Origin: Intoshia linei
Taxonomy: Eukaryota > Animalia > Orthonectida
Reading direction: 5' to 3'
Length of the DNA: 64,000 nucleotides
NCBI GenBank assembly: GCA_001642005.1
Contig: LWCA01000058.1
Coordinates: 1-64,000 of the forward strand
The notes under the pieces are model-generated. The model ran no database searches, was not told the origin of the DNA, and saw only the letters and a program-made list of their open reading frames with translations. Below are positions 36,035 through 49,175 of the stretch, one piece after another; the stretch's first letter is position 1; every line of letters begins with the position of its first letter. A program made the position numbers and the translations under genes.

Positions 36035-39000
36035 ATGAAGTATTTAATTTATATTGGAAACTTGTTGGTCTTGCTCATTTTGGTAAGTTTTAATGTTCTT
36101 GTAATGTAATGTATCTTTATAATTTAGTTTGCAAGTATACAAATAATTAAAAGTGATTTTGCGAAAGAAATTTATGTAAATTCTAGTATTCTAAGTAGAG
36201 CGGGTCATTCAAGCGTCATTAATAATGGTTTTATGTACATATACGGAGGTTACAATTCAAATCAACTGCTGCCCGATAATCAGCTATTTTTAAAGTAATT
36301 GCAAAAATTTTTAATTTGCTCTACACTGACTTAATAATTTTATAATTGATCTAAATTAAGGTACAACATTGAAGAAAAATTATGGTTCAGTTTGCCTATT
36401 CCACAAAATTGTGCTTCCTGTCAATTGACATTCCATACTATGAATGTTTTAAAGGTAATTTAATTTTTTAACTTTACTCATGTCACTTGAGTCATGACTC
36501 ACGAGTAGAGCCGTTTAAGCCACTTCGTGGCTTTGGGCTAAGCAAAGGGCCGGAGGCCCCTTAAAGTTTTGAACGAAGCGATAAAAAAAATTTAGGGCCT
36601 TTTTTTAGAAGACAGGGCGTACTGTTGGTTGGAGACTTGGGTCTTATTTCATTAAGTATTAATAAAATCATTAAAAGATTTTATGTAGGTTTCTAGTCTA
36701 GTCTAACTTTTATTACTATTTTACAACTTGCCTAATTTCTTTTATGAATATTCACTTAATAGAAAGGTTTTAATGTTTAATATTATATGATGAACATTAT
36801 AGAATATATTCTAAATTAAATAATTACCAGAACTTTGATTCTTTAAACTATTTTTTTTCTAGCTATTTGAATTCCCACACTTTAAAACTTATAAACTGTT
36901 TCTTAAGATATACATGTAAAGTACTTTTATTAATTTGGGCTCCTTTTTTAATGAGTAGCCCTGGGCTACAGCCCATATTGCCCATGCCTTAAAACGGCTC
37001 TGCTCATGAGCAAGAGTGTTACCAGAAAAATTAAAATATTATTTGATTATTGTAAAATATATTATTGCAGAGTTGCCAGATGTTGAAATTTTATTCCAAG
37101 CCTAGATCATTTTAAAAATCCCACTTTTGATTCACTACAATTTTATTAATAAAATTTAATAATATTTACCAAAAAATCTTTTTCTAATTTTACAAAATCA
37201 TTGTGAGAAAAAACTTTTTCATCCTACCCTAAAAAAAATCCAATCTTACCAACCCTTAAGCCTTACGTTAAGGTAAAATCTTTTTTCCTACATTTGTTTG
37301 AATAGTTTTTGAAAACTAATTCTATATCTATTAAAAAATTGATTAAAAACGTAATAAATTAACTGGTAATGAGTAAAAAAAGGAAATGGGCAAATGAGTT
37401 TTTGTTTATGATAGTCATTAAAAATAGATTATAGAGATTTATGATATAAAATTTTTATTAACGATTTTTTGGTTCATACAAATTAGTTAAAAAAAATAAA
37501 TTCCGTTAACAAGGAATTTTTTCCGTTAAAATGGAATTTCCGTTAGTAAGAACGTAAACTACAACTAGTTTATTATTAATTAACTTATTTATTATTAAAT
37601 ATTTAAAACATGTTAATGGCTGTTTCCTATTAATAGTCAATTATAGAACGATTGGTTGGTTTTATTTGGCGGATTCAATGATTATCGAGCGAGCCATGTC
37701 ATTTTGTACTATTATATACCTCTAAACAAATGGGAACAATCAGAATCCTTTGACAGAATTGTTCCTGTAGCCGGACACACGAGTCATATTATCGGTTCTA
37801 CTTTATACATTCTTTTTGGGTATAACGATATTTATGGATACATGAACCTACTTCAAAAATGCAATTTGGAAAATAAGTTTTGTCAAGAAATTTCACCTCG
37901 AGGCATACCAATGCACGGATTATTTGGACATACTAGTGTGTATGATAATCAAACAGACTCAATATTCATCCATGGAGGATTAACTACCGCCTTTTATCCT
38001 AAAAAATCTTCTCCAAACATTTTCCATAACTTTTATAATCAATTTAATATAAAATCTGGAATTCAACTTGTTAGCACTAATTTAATGTATCGACTGGACG
38101 TTTCTGATTTAAAATGGTAAATTTATTTTTTTAATCCGTTAATGCTCGCGTTATTTTTAATAATATTCAAAAAAATTGTTAAAATTACCACTAAACCATG
38201 TTTTTCTCAAATACTTTGGCTTGCAGATAGTCTAATTTAATTTAATAATTTTTTTTAAATCTCAGTCCCCATGAGACACTGTAAACCCCTGTTGGTGTCA
38301 AGCCAAATTTGGGAACCACTGCTCAAGTGAATAGAGACTAGTGAATGTATTTTATCTAACACTAAACAAGATTAACTTTATGGACTTAATTTAAAATTAA
38401 TCTATAAATTAAAACCATCATATTAGATAATTCATATTATTATATTTGATCTAGATTTTTATTTAAATGATGGTTATTTACATTCATTTGAATTCAAATT
38501 AATAAAATTATGTTTCCATTATTCTTAGTAAGTATTCATTAGTTAGATAAATAACTAATAGACTTTGTCTATCTGTTAGTCTGTTGTAGCCAGGGATTGG
38601 AAATAATTGATTGCAATCAATTATTTTTTATAAACCATATAATTGTTTGGTAAATATTAATTTTTCAATTAATTGGTTTTTTCATGTAACTGAAAAAATA
38701 TAAATTAAATCCTTTTATTGACGAATAGTTGGATGAAAAAATTAATGCGATTTTTTTGATGTTGTTCAAAATTTATATGAATAATTATACACTATAATTT
38801 ATAATAATACAATGTTAAAATGTCAAGTTGACACTGTCAACACTCGTTGTAGTGTATCACAGTCCCACCATGCTTTATTTATTTTCAGAAACAATTTTAT
38901 TTCCAAATTCGAAGAAAGAAATAAAATAAGTAATATGAAAATATTTTCTAAATACTATTTTGCAAATAAAATATAATGCAACTAAAATATATTGTTATCA

Positions 39001-42000
39001 ATCTTCAATTAATTGAAATTTTTTATTATTCATTTTTCAATTAAATGAAATTAATTTCAATTATTTCATATAAATCAATTAATTAAATAATAATTTTTGA
39101 ACAAACATATAATTGATTATTTTTCAATAATTTTTACCAATTAATTCCAATCCCTGGTTGTAGCCATTTATTTTGAAAGTAATTATCCTAAAATTTAAAA
39201 AGAAAAATTTTATTAATCTAAATTTAATTTTATCAAAAAAAAAGACTAAAAAGTAAATTGTATTTTGACAGTGAAGGTTTGACTTTGTGATATTGAATTG
39301 TTTTAATTATGGAAAAAATATGTACTAAATGTGATTTTTTTGTACTAAGTGTGTGGACACCCCAATGTACATTCTTTTGTGTAAGTAAATGATAAAAATA
39401 GATAAATAAGCATTATATTTTTAATAATTATAAGATGGTTATGATTTATGTATAGTCAGTATAAAATATTTCGTGGACGTCTAGAAAATTATACGGAACT
39501 CAGAGTCCGTGAATACCATTTTCAGAAACACTGTTATATACATGGTACAGTATAATTTCCGGTAAATCCTATGGTGCGACCCAGTTTGAGTCATTGACTT
39601 ACATGGCGTAAATATAAAAGTTTCGTAGCTTCGCTCAAAATTCGAAATATTGGATTCTACTTGCCTTTTTTTTTATGATGGAAAATATTAATTGTGCAAT
39701 GTAGTAAATTTAAATTTTAGGTACACAATGAAAAGTAATGATGATATTACAAATATATATTTTCATAAAATGGTCATTATAAAAGATTATTTGTATGTTA
39801 TTGGAGGAATAAAGTATGGAAATTTTAAAGAATCTGAAGAGTGTTATGAATTACATAACTACAAAATTTATACTAACAAAGGTACATTTAGATTAGTTAT
39901 TAAATTTGAGAATACAAATGAGATTAAAAGTTAAATACAGTAAAATCTCGAAAAGTGAGCATTTGTGGCCAGGTGTTCACAAATTTCAACTAAGCTTTGA
40001 AATTACAACGTTATCATAGTTAAGATATTAATTATTCTAAGTAATTTACATTTAACAATAAAATGGATGAAATGCGTAGATTTCTGAAGTTGAAATTTTG
40101 TATTTATATCAAATGGAATAAGCTCTATCAGAATAACCTTTTTTTAATAAGATAAGACGTGTAGTTATGTAAATAAAGCGTAACACACACACACACAAAC
40201 AAATATTGCGTGGTATATTATATAAGTAAGGATATGATAAAATTTTGAAGAATGAGATTTTTTGGGTAGCTTTTGTTAACTTTACATTCTTAGTGGTAAC
40301 CTTCTAGAAGTGAAGTTAATTTATATTAGTATAGTTTTGTTATACCATCTAAAAAGTGGTCACTTTTCGAGCGTCTACTGTAACATGTTTTATTAAAATA
40401 AATGAAATGTAGATTGCGCATACTGGCAAATACAAGAAAGTATTACATCGATTTCATTGAATCGATTTGGTCATAGTTCATCAGTGTATAAGGGGTAATT
40501 ATAGTTTTTTATTTTTAATTTGTAATGAAAATTTATTTGTTTAGAAACATATACATCTTTGGAGGATATGATATTTACGCTACAAATAAATTAATAAAAA
40601 TAACTTTGGGTTTTTTATTAATTAAAAATTACGAATATCGATTTAGATAAAAAAACTGATTCCAATTTTATAAACAAATTTTGTCTAAATTTACAATCGG
40701 TTAATTGTACAGAGTTAAAAAGTTGCGAGGTATGTGTAACTGCGGCCGAACAATGTGTATGGTGCAACAAAATGTGTCAGTTGGAATCTAAATGTAATTC
40801 AACAGAATCTACGCAAGAAACTATTTCATTTTCGGTAATATTTATCGCATCAAATTTAATGCACAGTCAAAATATATGTTACTAGGTTGACTGTTATGTA
40901 CTACGTACAAACAGCACCTAGCTCTGCCGATGGCACATTTTTATTATACCAAAAAAATAAATTCACGTTGAAAATCTAACTTAAAAATCTTACTATTAAC
41001 TATTCCAAAATTTGTTTCAGGTGGAACTATATCATATCATAATCATATCACATTACATTTTACTTTAAAGTGAATTATTCCATCTTAATTTTTTGTTTCT
41101 TAATATTTACGTAAAGAATCTTAAAAACAATTGTTATTCCATTTTTTAATTTATCTTTATATTATTTATCAATCCTACAGTATGATTTGTTGTTTTTTTC
41201 CCAATTGACAAATTTAAACGCTTTTTATTGTTCATTAATAATGAATCATTATATAGGGTGGGCCGTAAGTCAACATTAAAAACAATTCTGATAATTATTT
41301 TAATTAAACGTTATTTTATTAAACCGAACTTAACACATGAACTAAGAAACACGTTGTACACGCTGGTAAAATCATGAATGCTCAAAATGCTTGCCATTTG
41401 CGTTGATGCACAATTCCAGTCGATGTTCAAAATTCCCATAAACTTTATCAAGTAAGTCGCTGTTTCCATCTATGTGATTGCACCCACGAATTATCTGCTG
41501 GTGAAGATGGTCGACATCTGAAATTCTTGTAGAGTAAACTATTTGTTTGAGGTGGCCCAAAAATAAAAATCTATTGGGGTCAAGTCAGGGGACCTTGGTG
41601 CCAATTCTACGGTGCCTCTTCGCCCAATCCAATTTTCAAAGTTGCCATTCAGCCATTTTCGCACGATCGTCGCGTAATGAGACGGGGCGCCACCTTGCAT
41701 AAACCAAAAGGGTTTTCCTTCACCGATGCGCTCCATCTGTGGCATGAGATGATTTGGTATTATTTTCAAGTACCCATCGCCGGTCACTGTCAGGTTGAAA
41801 AAGAATGGATCCAAAACAAGGAAAACTTCACCTAATTCTTTGGTGCGCAACTTATGGCCCACCCTGTTTAATATAAAAATAAAGCATAAATCATACTAAT
41901 AAATTAAAGTTACAATAGATTACACCAGTGGTTCTCAACCCGTGTTCCGCGGAACCCAGGGGTTGCGGGAAATTTAATTGGGGTTCCGTGAAATATAAAT

Positions 42001-45000
42001 TGAAAAGTTCCTAAATTAATAAAAAAAAATCATATTTTGATATGCTTTAATAATTAAGATAAATACGATCGGTCAACTTAGTTAAAATACTTTTTGTGTT
42101 TATTTTGAATTATCTTTTTTAAAAATATTTATTCTAAGCCAGTTTGTCTTATTTCCTATAATTTAATTCTGCATTTTAATATATGCAGTACTTATTTTGA
42201 TAAAAAGAAGTCATAAATGGTTTAATGTTGAGTGGTTCTTATCGTTACGTATTAACTAGGAAAGATCCAAATTATAATCTTAGTTGCATTGAAAGCAATT
42301 AAGCATAAGAAACGGGCAAAGCTGCTGTCGGTAGAAGAAGAACTTCGTGTATGTCTCTCAAAAACACGTGCAAGAATTAAAAATTTCGTTAAAAAATATC
42401 AGGCCCAAATTTCTCATTGAGAAGAAAAAATAAATTTATTTATTAAAAAATTTATGTTTTCAATATTAGAAGCGTAATTTTTTAATTAAAAATCAAATTG
42501 TTTTATATATGCAACATCGAAAAAAATTTTTTGATTTTTTGAAATTTCATAAGGGTTCCGCACAGTAAAAAAGGTTGAGAAACACTGGATTACACGAAAA
42601 TAGAATATTAATTTTATTTTGAAAAGTGTTCACCGTTCATAACCGTATTGTTCACTATAGTTTCATATAAAGTAGATTTTTTGTTTATCAAAATTAGTTT
42701 TAATGTTCGGTCTATGAAATGTATACTATCCGACTCGGATTGTGAAATTTCAAATATCTAAATATTAATTCTGAATATTCTTAAGGAGGATGTATCCCAT
42801 GTGTATACTACTAAATTTGAATGCATCTATGGTTCTATGGATCTTTCTTATTGTGTTAATATACATAATTGCAATCTTTGTTATACTAGACGTGATTGTG
42901 TTTGGAATGATGAATCAATGATCTGTCAAAGCAAATCAAGTAATATTTAAAAATTAATTACCAATTATACCTAAAAGTGTACCTTTTCATTTTGACAAGT
43001 TTTTTCAATAGTCAACGTAACAACTGAAAGGTACATATCAAATTGAAATACATTCGTACATTGTACAAATGTATCAATGAAAAATAACATGATGGTTTTG
43101 TATGAAAGTTTGGAAACTAATGTTAATAAAGATTTCAATGTTTTAGTCTAATATGTAAAATTTAGGGAGTTACATGAAGAGTATAATTGAAAAGGTTTAT
43201 GGAAATAACTATTATGATAGATGTCATACACCGTGTTCGTCATTTCAATTTGAAATACAATGTAATTCTTCTCCATATTGTCGATGGTGCCAAGATTTTC
43301 GTATATGTCTTGCAATTAATGGTATTGCAAGTGCTCTTCCATTCGGCCAATGTCCAGAAATACAAAAAGATAAATTAACATGCATGGGTAATATTATTGA
43401 ATTGCAATATATAAGAGGTGCTCACTGGTCAATAGAACATTGAAATTTAGGTAAAACCGTGGAGAGGGGCTAGGTGCCATATGACCAGGACTTATAATCA
43501 CGAGGTGTTTACTTTTTTAATATATTCATAGGTAATATTTGAAAATTTTTTAAGTACATAAATTATCTTGTATACCAAAGTTATTGTATAATAAAATATT
43601 CTATTAATAATCTTTTTTTTAAATTCTAGGACCATTACTTGTTTAATATTTTCTATTTTAATTTTAATAATTTCAAAAAAAAGTGGCGTATTGAGTAAAC
43701 TGCTTTTTTTCACCGTGAAGGTGTAACATTGCGATATTGAAATTTTTTGTGTATATTAACTTTAAAAAAATGAATTAGCTATGATTTGTTTATTAATTCA
43801 AGGACTTAGTTGTTTTTGCTTTTTTAAAATAATGGATCATTTGTGGTTTGGCTCTCAACATACAAGTTTTTGAGATTGAAATTCATTGTAATGCTCATGA
43901 TTTTGAAGAGAAAAGTGACCAATAATGTTTCTTTAATAATGTCAATGTTTGGGCCGTAGTGAATATATACCGAATTATTCGATGGGTGTTAACTGTCACC
44001 CTTAAATAATGCATAATGATGTAATAAATAAAAAATTAGGACTACAATGCAAACTAGCAAACAATTGCAGAGATTGTTTAAATATTGATTCGTGTTTATG
44101 GTGCACGGATAAATCTAATACTGGGCGCGGTAAATGTTTGATTGCTGCTTCAAACCATATTACAAATTTTTGTGTCAAGGAATTGAGCATGACCGACAAA
44201 TGTCCGCGTTTGATTACTTTACATTTTAAATGATATTATAACACTTAAATTAGTTTGTCAATGTAATGGTCACAGTGCCTGTCATAATTCTACAAACATT
44301 TGTGCAAATTGTACAGGTTATACGATAGGTAATAAAATTAATCATTTTTTATAATCAAAATATACATAAAATTAATGATAGGTTCAAACTGTCACGAATG
44401 CGTAAAATCGTATTATGGAAATCCTACTAATGGCGGACTTTGTAAAAGTAATTAATAGTCATATTTATTTTATTTTTTTTGTTTTACTTTATTTACTTGT
44501 TTTACTACGTACAAACAACACCTAGCTCTGCCGAGGGCACATTTTTATTATACTTAAAAAATAAATTCACGTTGAAAATCTAACTTAAAAATCCACTATT
44601 TTATTTATATTTTAAAAGTTTGATAGTACAAGTAAAAGTTTGTAACTATTTTTTTTGTAAAAAAATTATCGAAAAGGATATAAAAATGTATATATGGTCA
44701 ATGACCATTGGTCATAATAGACTTGATAGTCATTCATCTATTTTTATTATGTTCTATGTATGTAATTATGTTGGTACAAATGTAGTATTTATAAGTATAG
44801 GTAATTATGTATTATGTAACCTTCATTTAGAATGTGCTTGCGTGAACAATTCCCAAATGTGCGATAAACATTCTGGGCAATGTTACTGCTCTACTCGTGG
44901 TGAAATTGGAGCAAATTGCGATATGTAATTTATCTGATTAACAATTACAGTAGACACTCGAAAAGTTACCACCTACAAAAAGTTACCACTTTTTTAAATA

Positions 45001-48000
45001 CTATAACAAAACGATACTAATGTAAATTAATTTTACTGAAAAAAAGTGGTCATTTTTCAAGTTTAGTGTTGTGTAAAATAATTTTTTTATATGATAAACA
45101 AAAATTTTTTAAAATTTAGATGTGATATTTCCAGAAAGTACGTTAGAGACAACACAATAAAATCTTCGTGTTATTGTAAATTTAATATAATTATTATAAT
45201 ATTATCATCAACCCTGTATATTAAAACTGTTATATGTAATTTAGATGAAGTGATTAGTGACTACAAGTATAGTTTTCACATCGGTCCAGACGACTACTTT
45301 ATCACTCGAATCAACTTTAAAAATTACCCTAAAATGGTAATTTCAATACATTTTATGAAATCAATTATTATGATATATTATAATTATGAAAACATTTGCA
45401 TAATTAAATTCAATTTGAGATAAGTTTTATATCTTTTATATATCTTTTAGACTGAAAATGACGTTTCCGTAAAAGTCAAATGCACCATTGATGCTAAATT
45501 GAATGTTACATACGTTTCTGGTTATTATTGAATAAATAGATAAGAAATATGATTCATCAGTTCATTAAAACCGGAAAGTTTTAAGAAAATTTTATAGGGC
45601 CTATTTTTCATTTTACGATGGAATTTTTTGTTTTTTTGCCTCCAGCTCGGTAGGTTCGTCTCTGATTAATTGCATTGTATCATAATAATACTTTATTACT
45701 AAATGTATTTGTTTAGGTTTTAAAAAAACTGAAGTTGTATCAAAAGCGAAATGTTCAAATTTTATTATCAAATTGAAAGCTTCAGATATTTTTACAGAAT
45801 ATGAAAATACTACATTTTATGTTCATGTTTTTGATTTCAATGCTCCAATTAAAATAAGTGTAATTATCAATTTATAATAATTGATAAAATAATTTCGAAA
45901 TAAAAAAAATGAATACTAAAGTGATTTTTTGGTTTATGTTAAAAACGGCACACTACAAAAATGGCACATACAAAACCGACACAACTTAAATAATTATAAT
46001 TACATAATGAAAATACAATTGTAATAAGTTGATTTTTAATTAGTAAAAATTATTTAGCGGACCGGTAAAAATTTTTCTTGACTGGAGGATTTTCAATAAT
46101 ATTTCGAGCCTTACTAAGTTTACTAACCCATTCTACTATTTTGATATTTTCAATAAACTTCCTTATAGTGGGATTTGATGCTCGATTAAATGAAAAATTT
46201 GTTATTCTATTATTCACACAAATTATTCATTATAGGAAAATTATAGTCGGTACCATTAGTATTTTTAAGTACTTCGTACAATACATAAGTATGTAATTAT
46301 AATTATTTAATGTGTGCCGTTTTTAACCTAGTAATTTTATATAACTACTGATAACATCAAAACAAATTCACAAATATGGTGATGTATTTCTATCAAAATC
46401 ACAATGGGGTAATTTCGTAAGACCTGGATTAACGAGCCCTCCTATTGTGCAATTATTTATCTATTATAATTTAGGTAACCTTTAATCAATTGCCAGGAGT
46501 GGATCTTATTCAATTTTTTACTACATTCTTTGGGTAAGTTTCTATAAATATAAATTTAAATATATAGTCAGATTTGTACATAACATAAGTATAATAAATA
46601 AACAATGTAGTGAATTTTTTATTTTGTCTTAATGAAAAGTAAAATATTGGTAACATTATTAAGTATTTCATGTATATATATGGATAAACCAGATGCAGGG
46701 CCGAATCAACTGCACCGATACCCTATTGAGGCTCATTTTTCCAAATTGGTTTATTAAAGAAATTATATTTTTCAATATCGTAACTTTTTTTTTTGTCAAA
46801 TTTAAACTTCCACGTTCAGAGCAGAGAATAGATGAATTAGGGACATATGTTATGGGAAAAATTTTAGAGCCTACTTTTAGTTTTTGGTAGAGTATGATAT
46901 GTTCGGCTCTGTCCGGATGAACATTGAAAAAATAAAAAAATATTAATAAATAAATAAATAATAAATAAATGAATAAGTATAAGATACATATTAGTATATA
47001 TGTATAAATCTATTATTAACAACACTATTATACAATTCTCTAACTCTTCATTAATTTAAAATATAAACTAAAAGTTTTTTGTATCAAATTTTACAATTTG
47101 TATTACAATTTACATTTTATTGCAATTACATATTATTAATATTAATTAAATTTTTAATTTAAAAGTTTTTATCTGATGTTTCTATATTTTTAAATTCTCT
47201 ATCTCGCCAACTTTTTCTAGCTCCCAATAATGGCGAGTTATAGAGAGAATACTGTATATCAGGCATTCTCAACCCTTTTTCGCTGTGGACCCCAAAAGAA
47301 TTAATAATAATGACAATTTTCAATGAATCATTACATTTGGGTAAAACGCATGATGGTCAAAAGACATGGAGTACTCTATTTTTGCGAGGTGATAAACTTA
47401 ATAAACTATTAATATTAACCTTTAACCCGTCAATGTTCTCAAAATCGAACATGTTTTCCAGGTATTGTTTACAGTACATTATTAATTGTTTACTACATAT
47501 TTTATCAGATCAATAAAAAGTCTATATTATTTATCTTCCCTGTGAAGAATTAATATTTTATATCCCTTGGTTGATGCTTCATAGAATCATGAATATTGAC
47601 TGATTTTTTGTCCCATTTTCAATTTGAAATTTAAAGCTTTTTTTTATGACTAGAAAGTTGGCTCGGTCATACATTTTAATAAAATAATTAAATAAAACGA
47701 TGCTCTTAAAATAGAAGAATGGAGGTTTCCAATAAGTTTCTACACTTGTAAGTAATTTAATTTAATACCAAAGAATTTATTTTCACATGATTTTCACGTT
47801 TTATATTAGTATTTCTGAGCCTTTATGTTTTAAAAACGATTTTATGTTACTGAAAATGTCTATAATATGTAATAAATGTATATAATTTTCATAGACCTCG
47901 TTGAGAATGGCTGCTGTATATTATTAATTATAATGAATGATTAATATAATAAACATAAATAATATATTTTATATTAAGATGTGTCATATCCTTATTGTTA

Positions 48001-49175
48001 TTTGCTTCAATTGCTTGGAAGATGAAAAAATTTTATGACGAATTTCATCTCAATAGGGTATTTATTAATAATTATTTATTTTCTATTAAATTTTTAATAA
48101 ATGTATAAATTTTAAGCGAATGGTAATTGAACTTACACAGATGGCTAGACGGCCATATGCTAAATGTCAAATTGATAAAAACATTGCTATACATAGCAAG
48201 GAATCGGTAAATTCTGACAAAGGAAGCAAATCATCCAAAAAAAAATATGTAATCTCATCAATACATTATGTATTTTTTCCAACCATCATTTAAATAATAG
48301 ATTGAAGAAAGATCAATACTTGCTGTAGAACCTTCAGCTATAACAAACAAAGCCATATGCACGTCAATTATTCAACTACCTAATGGTGGAATCGAAAACA
48401 AAGACGATCAGCAGGCTATTTTGATTTTTGGATCCACTGTCGTTGGTAATATTTTTATAACATACATATTACATTACATGTTAGTAGTTATCAACCATAA
48501 TTGTAAAGCGGTCTCGTATTCTTACACTTAAATGGTTTTACCTCTAGTCGGTTTAAAATAAATTGTAGAAAAAATTAACAATGTTAATTAAACATTTATC
48601 AAAATTTTAAATGATCCTAGTCAATACGCAATTCACTCTGATAGAAATCCCATGTTGACTTTAGGCTGATTTAATAGGGACTATGTATGTCAATTTTATT
48701 ATATTTAGACATATATAACAATTATGTCTAAGATGTTATTAGACATTAAGATATATACAATGCATTCGTATTTTAAGATATAAAGTTAATTTGTATAATG
48801 ATATGGTAAATTATGTAGAGTCATCTTATAACTTTCAGTATAGTCAGTGACTATTAGTCACCATTAGTTCAAAATTTCAATACAAATAAAAATTAAATGT
48901 AAAATAAAATACACTTTATAACGGATGTTGTCAGATCTGCGTGTGTCAAATAAACTTCAAGGGCATCGTTCGAGTATTATTTTCATAATTGTTCGCATTA
49001 TATAACGTTCATAAAACCAAACTTGTTAATTTTAATTCAATATAAATTCTGAATCAACTAATTGTAAACTTTAGATACAGAAAAAAAAGAAAAAAACAAA
49101 TTTTTAAATTTAGTAACCAAATATAAACATCCTCACAGAAAGTCTAGAATTGGAAATGATTCGGAAAGGACATAA
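36035..49175 (+). CDS. ATRN: Attractin / attractin-like (Kelch-PSI-laminin EGF-TM), about 20 exons
   Basis: Signal exon MKYLIYIGNLLVLLIL. Kelch repeats (RAGHSSVINNGFMYIYGGY; VAGHTSHI..LYILFGY; GLFGHTSVYD..IFIHGG; RFGHSS). PSI modules (CHTPCS..CRWCQD; CRDCLNIDSCLWCTD..GRGKC) and laminin-EGF (CQCNGHSAC; CHECVKSYYGNPTNGGLC). TM VDLIQFFTTFFGCVISLLLFASIAWKMK and cytoplasmic QMARRPY, LAVEP, QLPNG. Stop at 49173-49175. Confidence 0.92.
36506..37002. mobile_element. hAT-type MITE
   Basis: TIRs TAGAGCCGTTTAA / TTAAAACGGCTCTG; TSD CTCACGAG/CTCATGAG. Confidence 0.8.
38591..39156. mobile_element. hAT-type MITE with perfect TSD
   Basis: TIRs CAGGGATTGGAA.TAATTG / CAATTAATTCCAATCCCTG; perfect 8-bp TSD GTTGTAGC (38583-38590, 39157-39164). 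Confidence 0.9.
39938..40380. mobile_element. TA-flanked pogo/Tigger-like MITE with a nested Helitron fragment (about 40070-40232)
   Basis: TA|CAGTAAAATCTCGAAAAGTGAGCA ... TGGTCACTTTTCGAGCGTCTACTG|TA; a related copy starts at about 44948. Confidence 0.75.
40882..41170 (-). mobile_element. Helitron-like 3' end fragment (other copies at about 44500-44600 and 51533-51730)
   Basis: Shared block TACTACGTACAAACAGCACCTAGCTCTGCCGA.GGCAC..TTCACGTTGAAAATCTAACTTAAAAAT; the minus-strand terminus is CTAG|T. Confidence 0.65.
41254..41866 (-). mobile_element. Internally deleted Tc1/mariner element (DD40-41D rosa-like) with transposase C-terminal remnant
   Basis: 17-bp TIRs (C/T)AGGGTGGGCC(A/G)TAAGT. Remnant WFMQGGAPSHY..WIGRRGTVELAPRSPDLTPIDFYFW then a frameshift to GHLKQIVY. 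The second catalytic Asp reads Gly, with 40 residues to the third Asp. Confidence 0.88.
41926..42587 (+). mobile_element. hAT Buster-type deletion derivative with perfect TSD
   Basis: TIRs CAGTGGTTCTCAACC / GGTTGAGAAACACTG; perfect TSD GATTACAC (nnnTAnnn). Remnant ALKAIKHKKRAKLLSVEEELRVCLSKTRARIKNFVKKYQAQISH*. A second copy of the 3' end lies at about 60690-60825. Confidence 0.92.
43455..43570. repeat. Dispersed repeat family end (copies at about 49810-49930, 56140-56230 and, inverted, 61770-61865)
   Basis: Shared GGCCATATGACC.GGAC.TATAATCATGAGGG.CTACTTTTTTAATTTATTAATAGGTAAT block. Confidence 0.6.
46696..46911. mobile_element. hAT-type MITE
   Basis: Ends CAGGGCCGAATCA / TGTTCGGCTCTG; degenerate TSD ACCAGATG/TCCGGATG. 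Confidence 0.6.
47260..47913. mobile_element. hAT/Buster-type MITE with perfect TSD
   Basis: TIRs CAGGCATTCTCAAC / GTTGAGAATGGCTG; perfect TSD CTGTATAT (47252-47259, 47914-47921). Confidence 0.88.

Noticed and set aside
39453-39565. Possible extra attractin exon
   Set aside because: The flanking exons already join in frame (TG|G), and the segment ends in a hAT-like terminus (..CAGAAACACTG).
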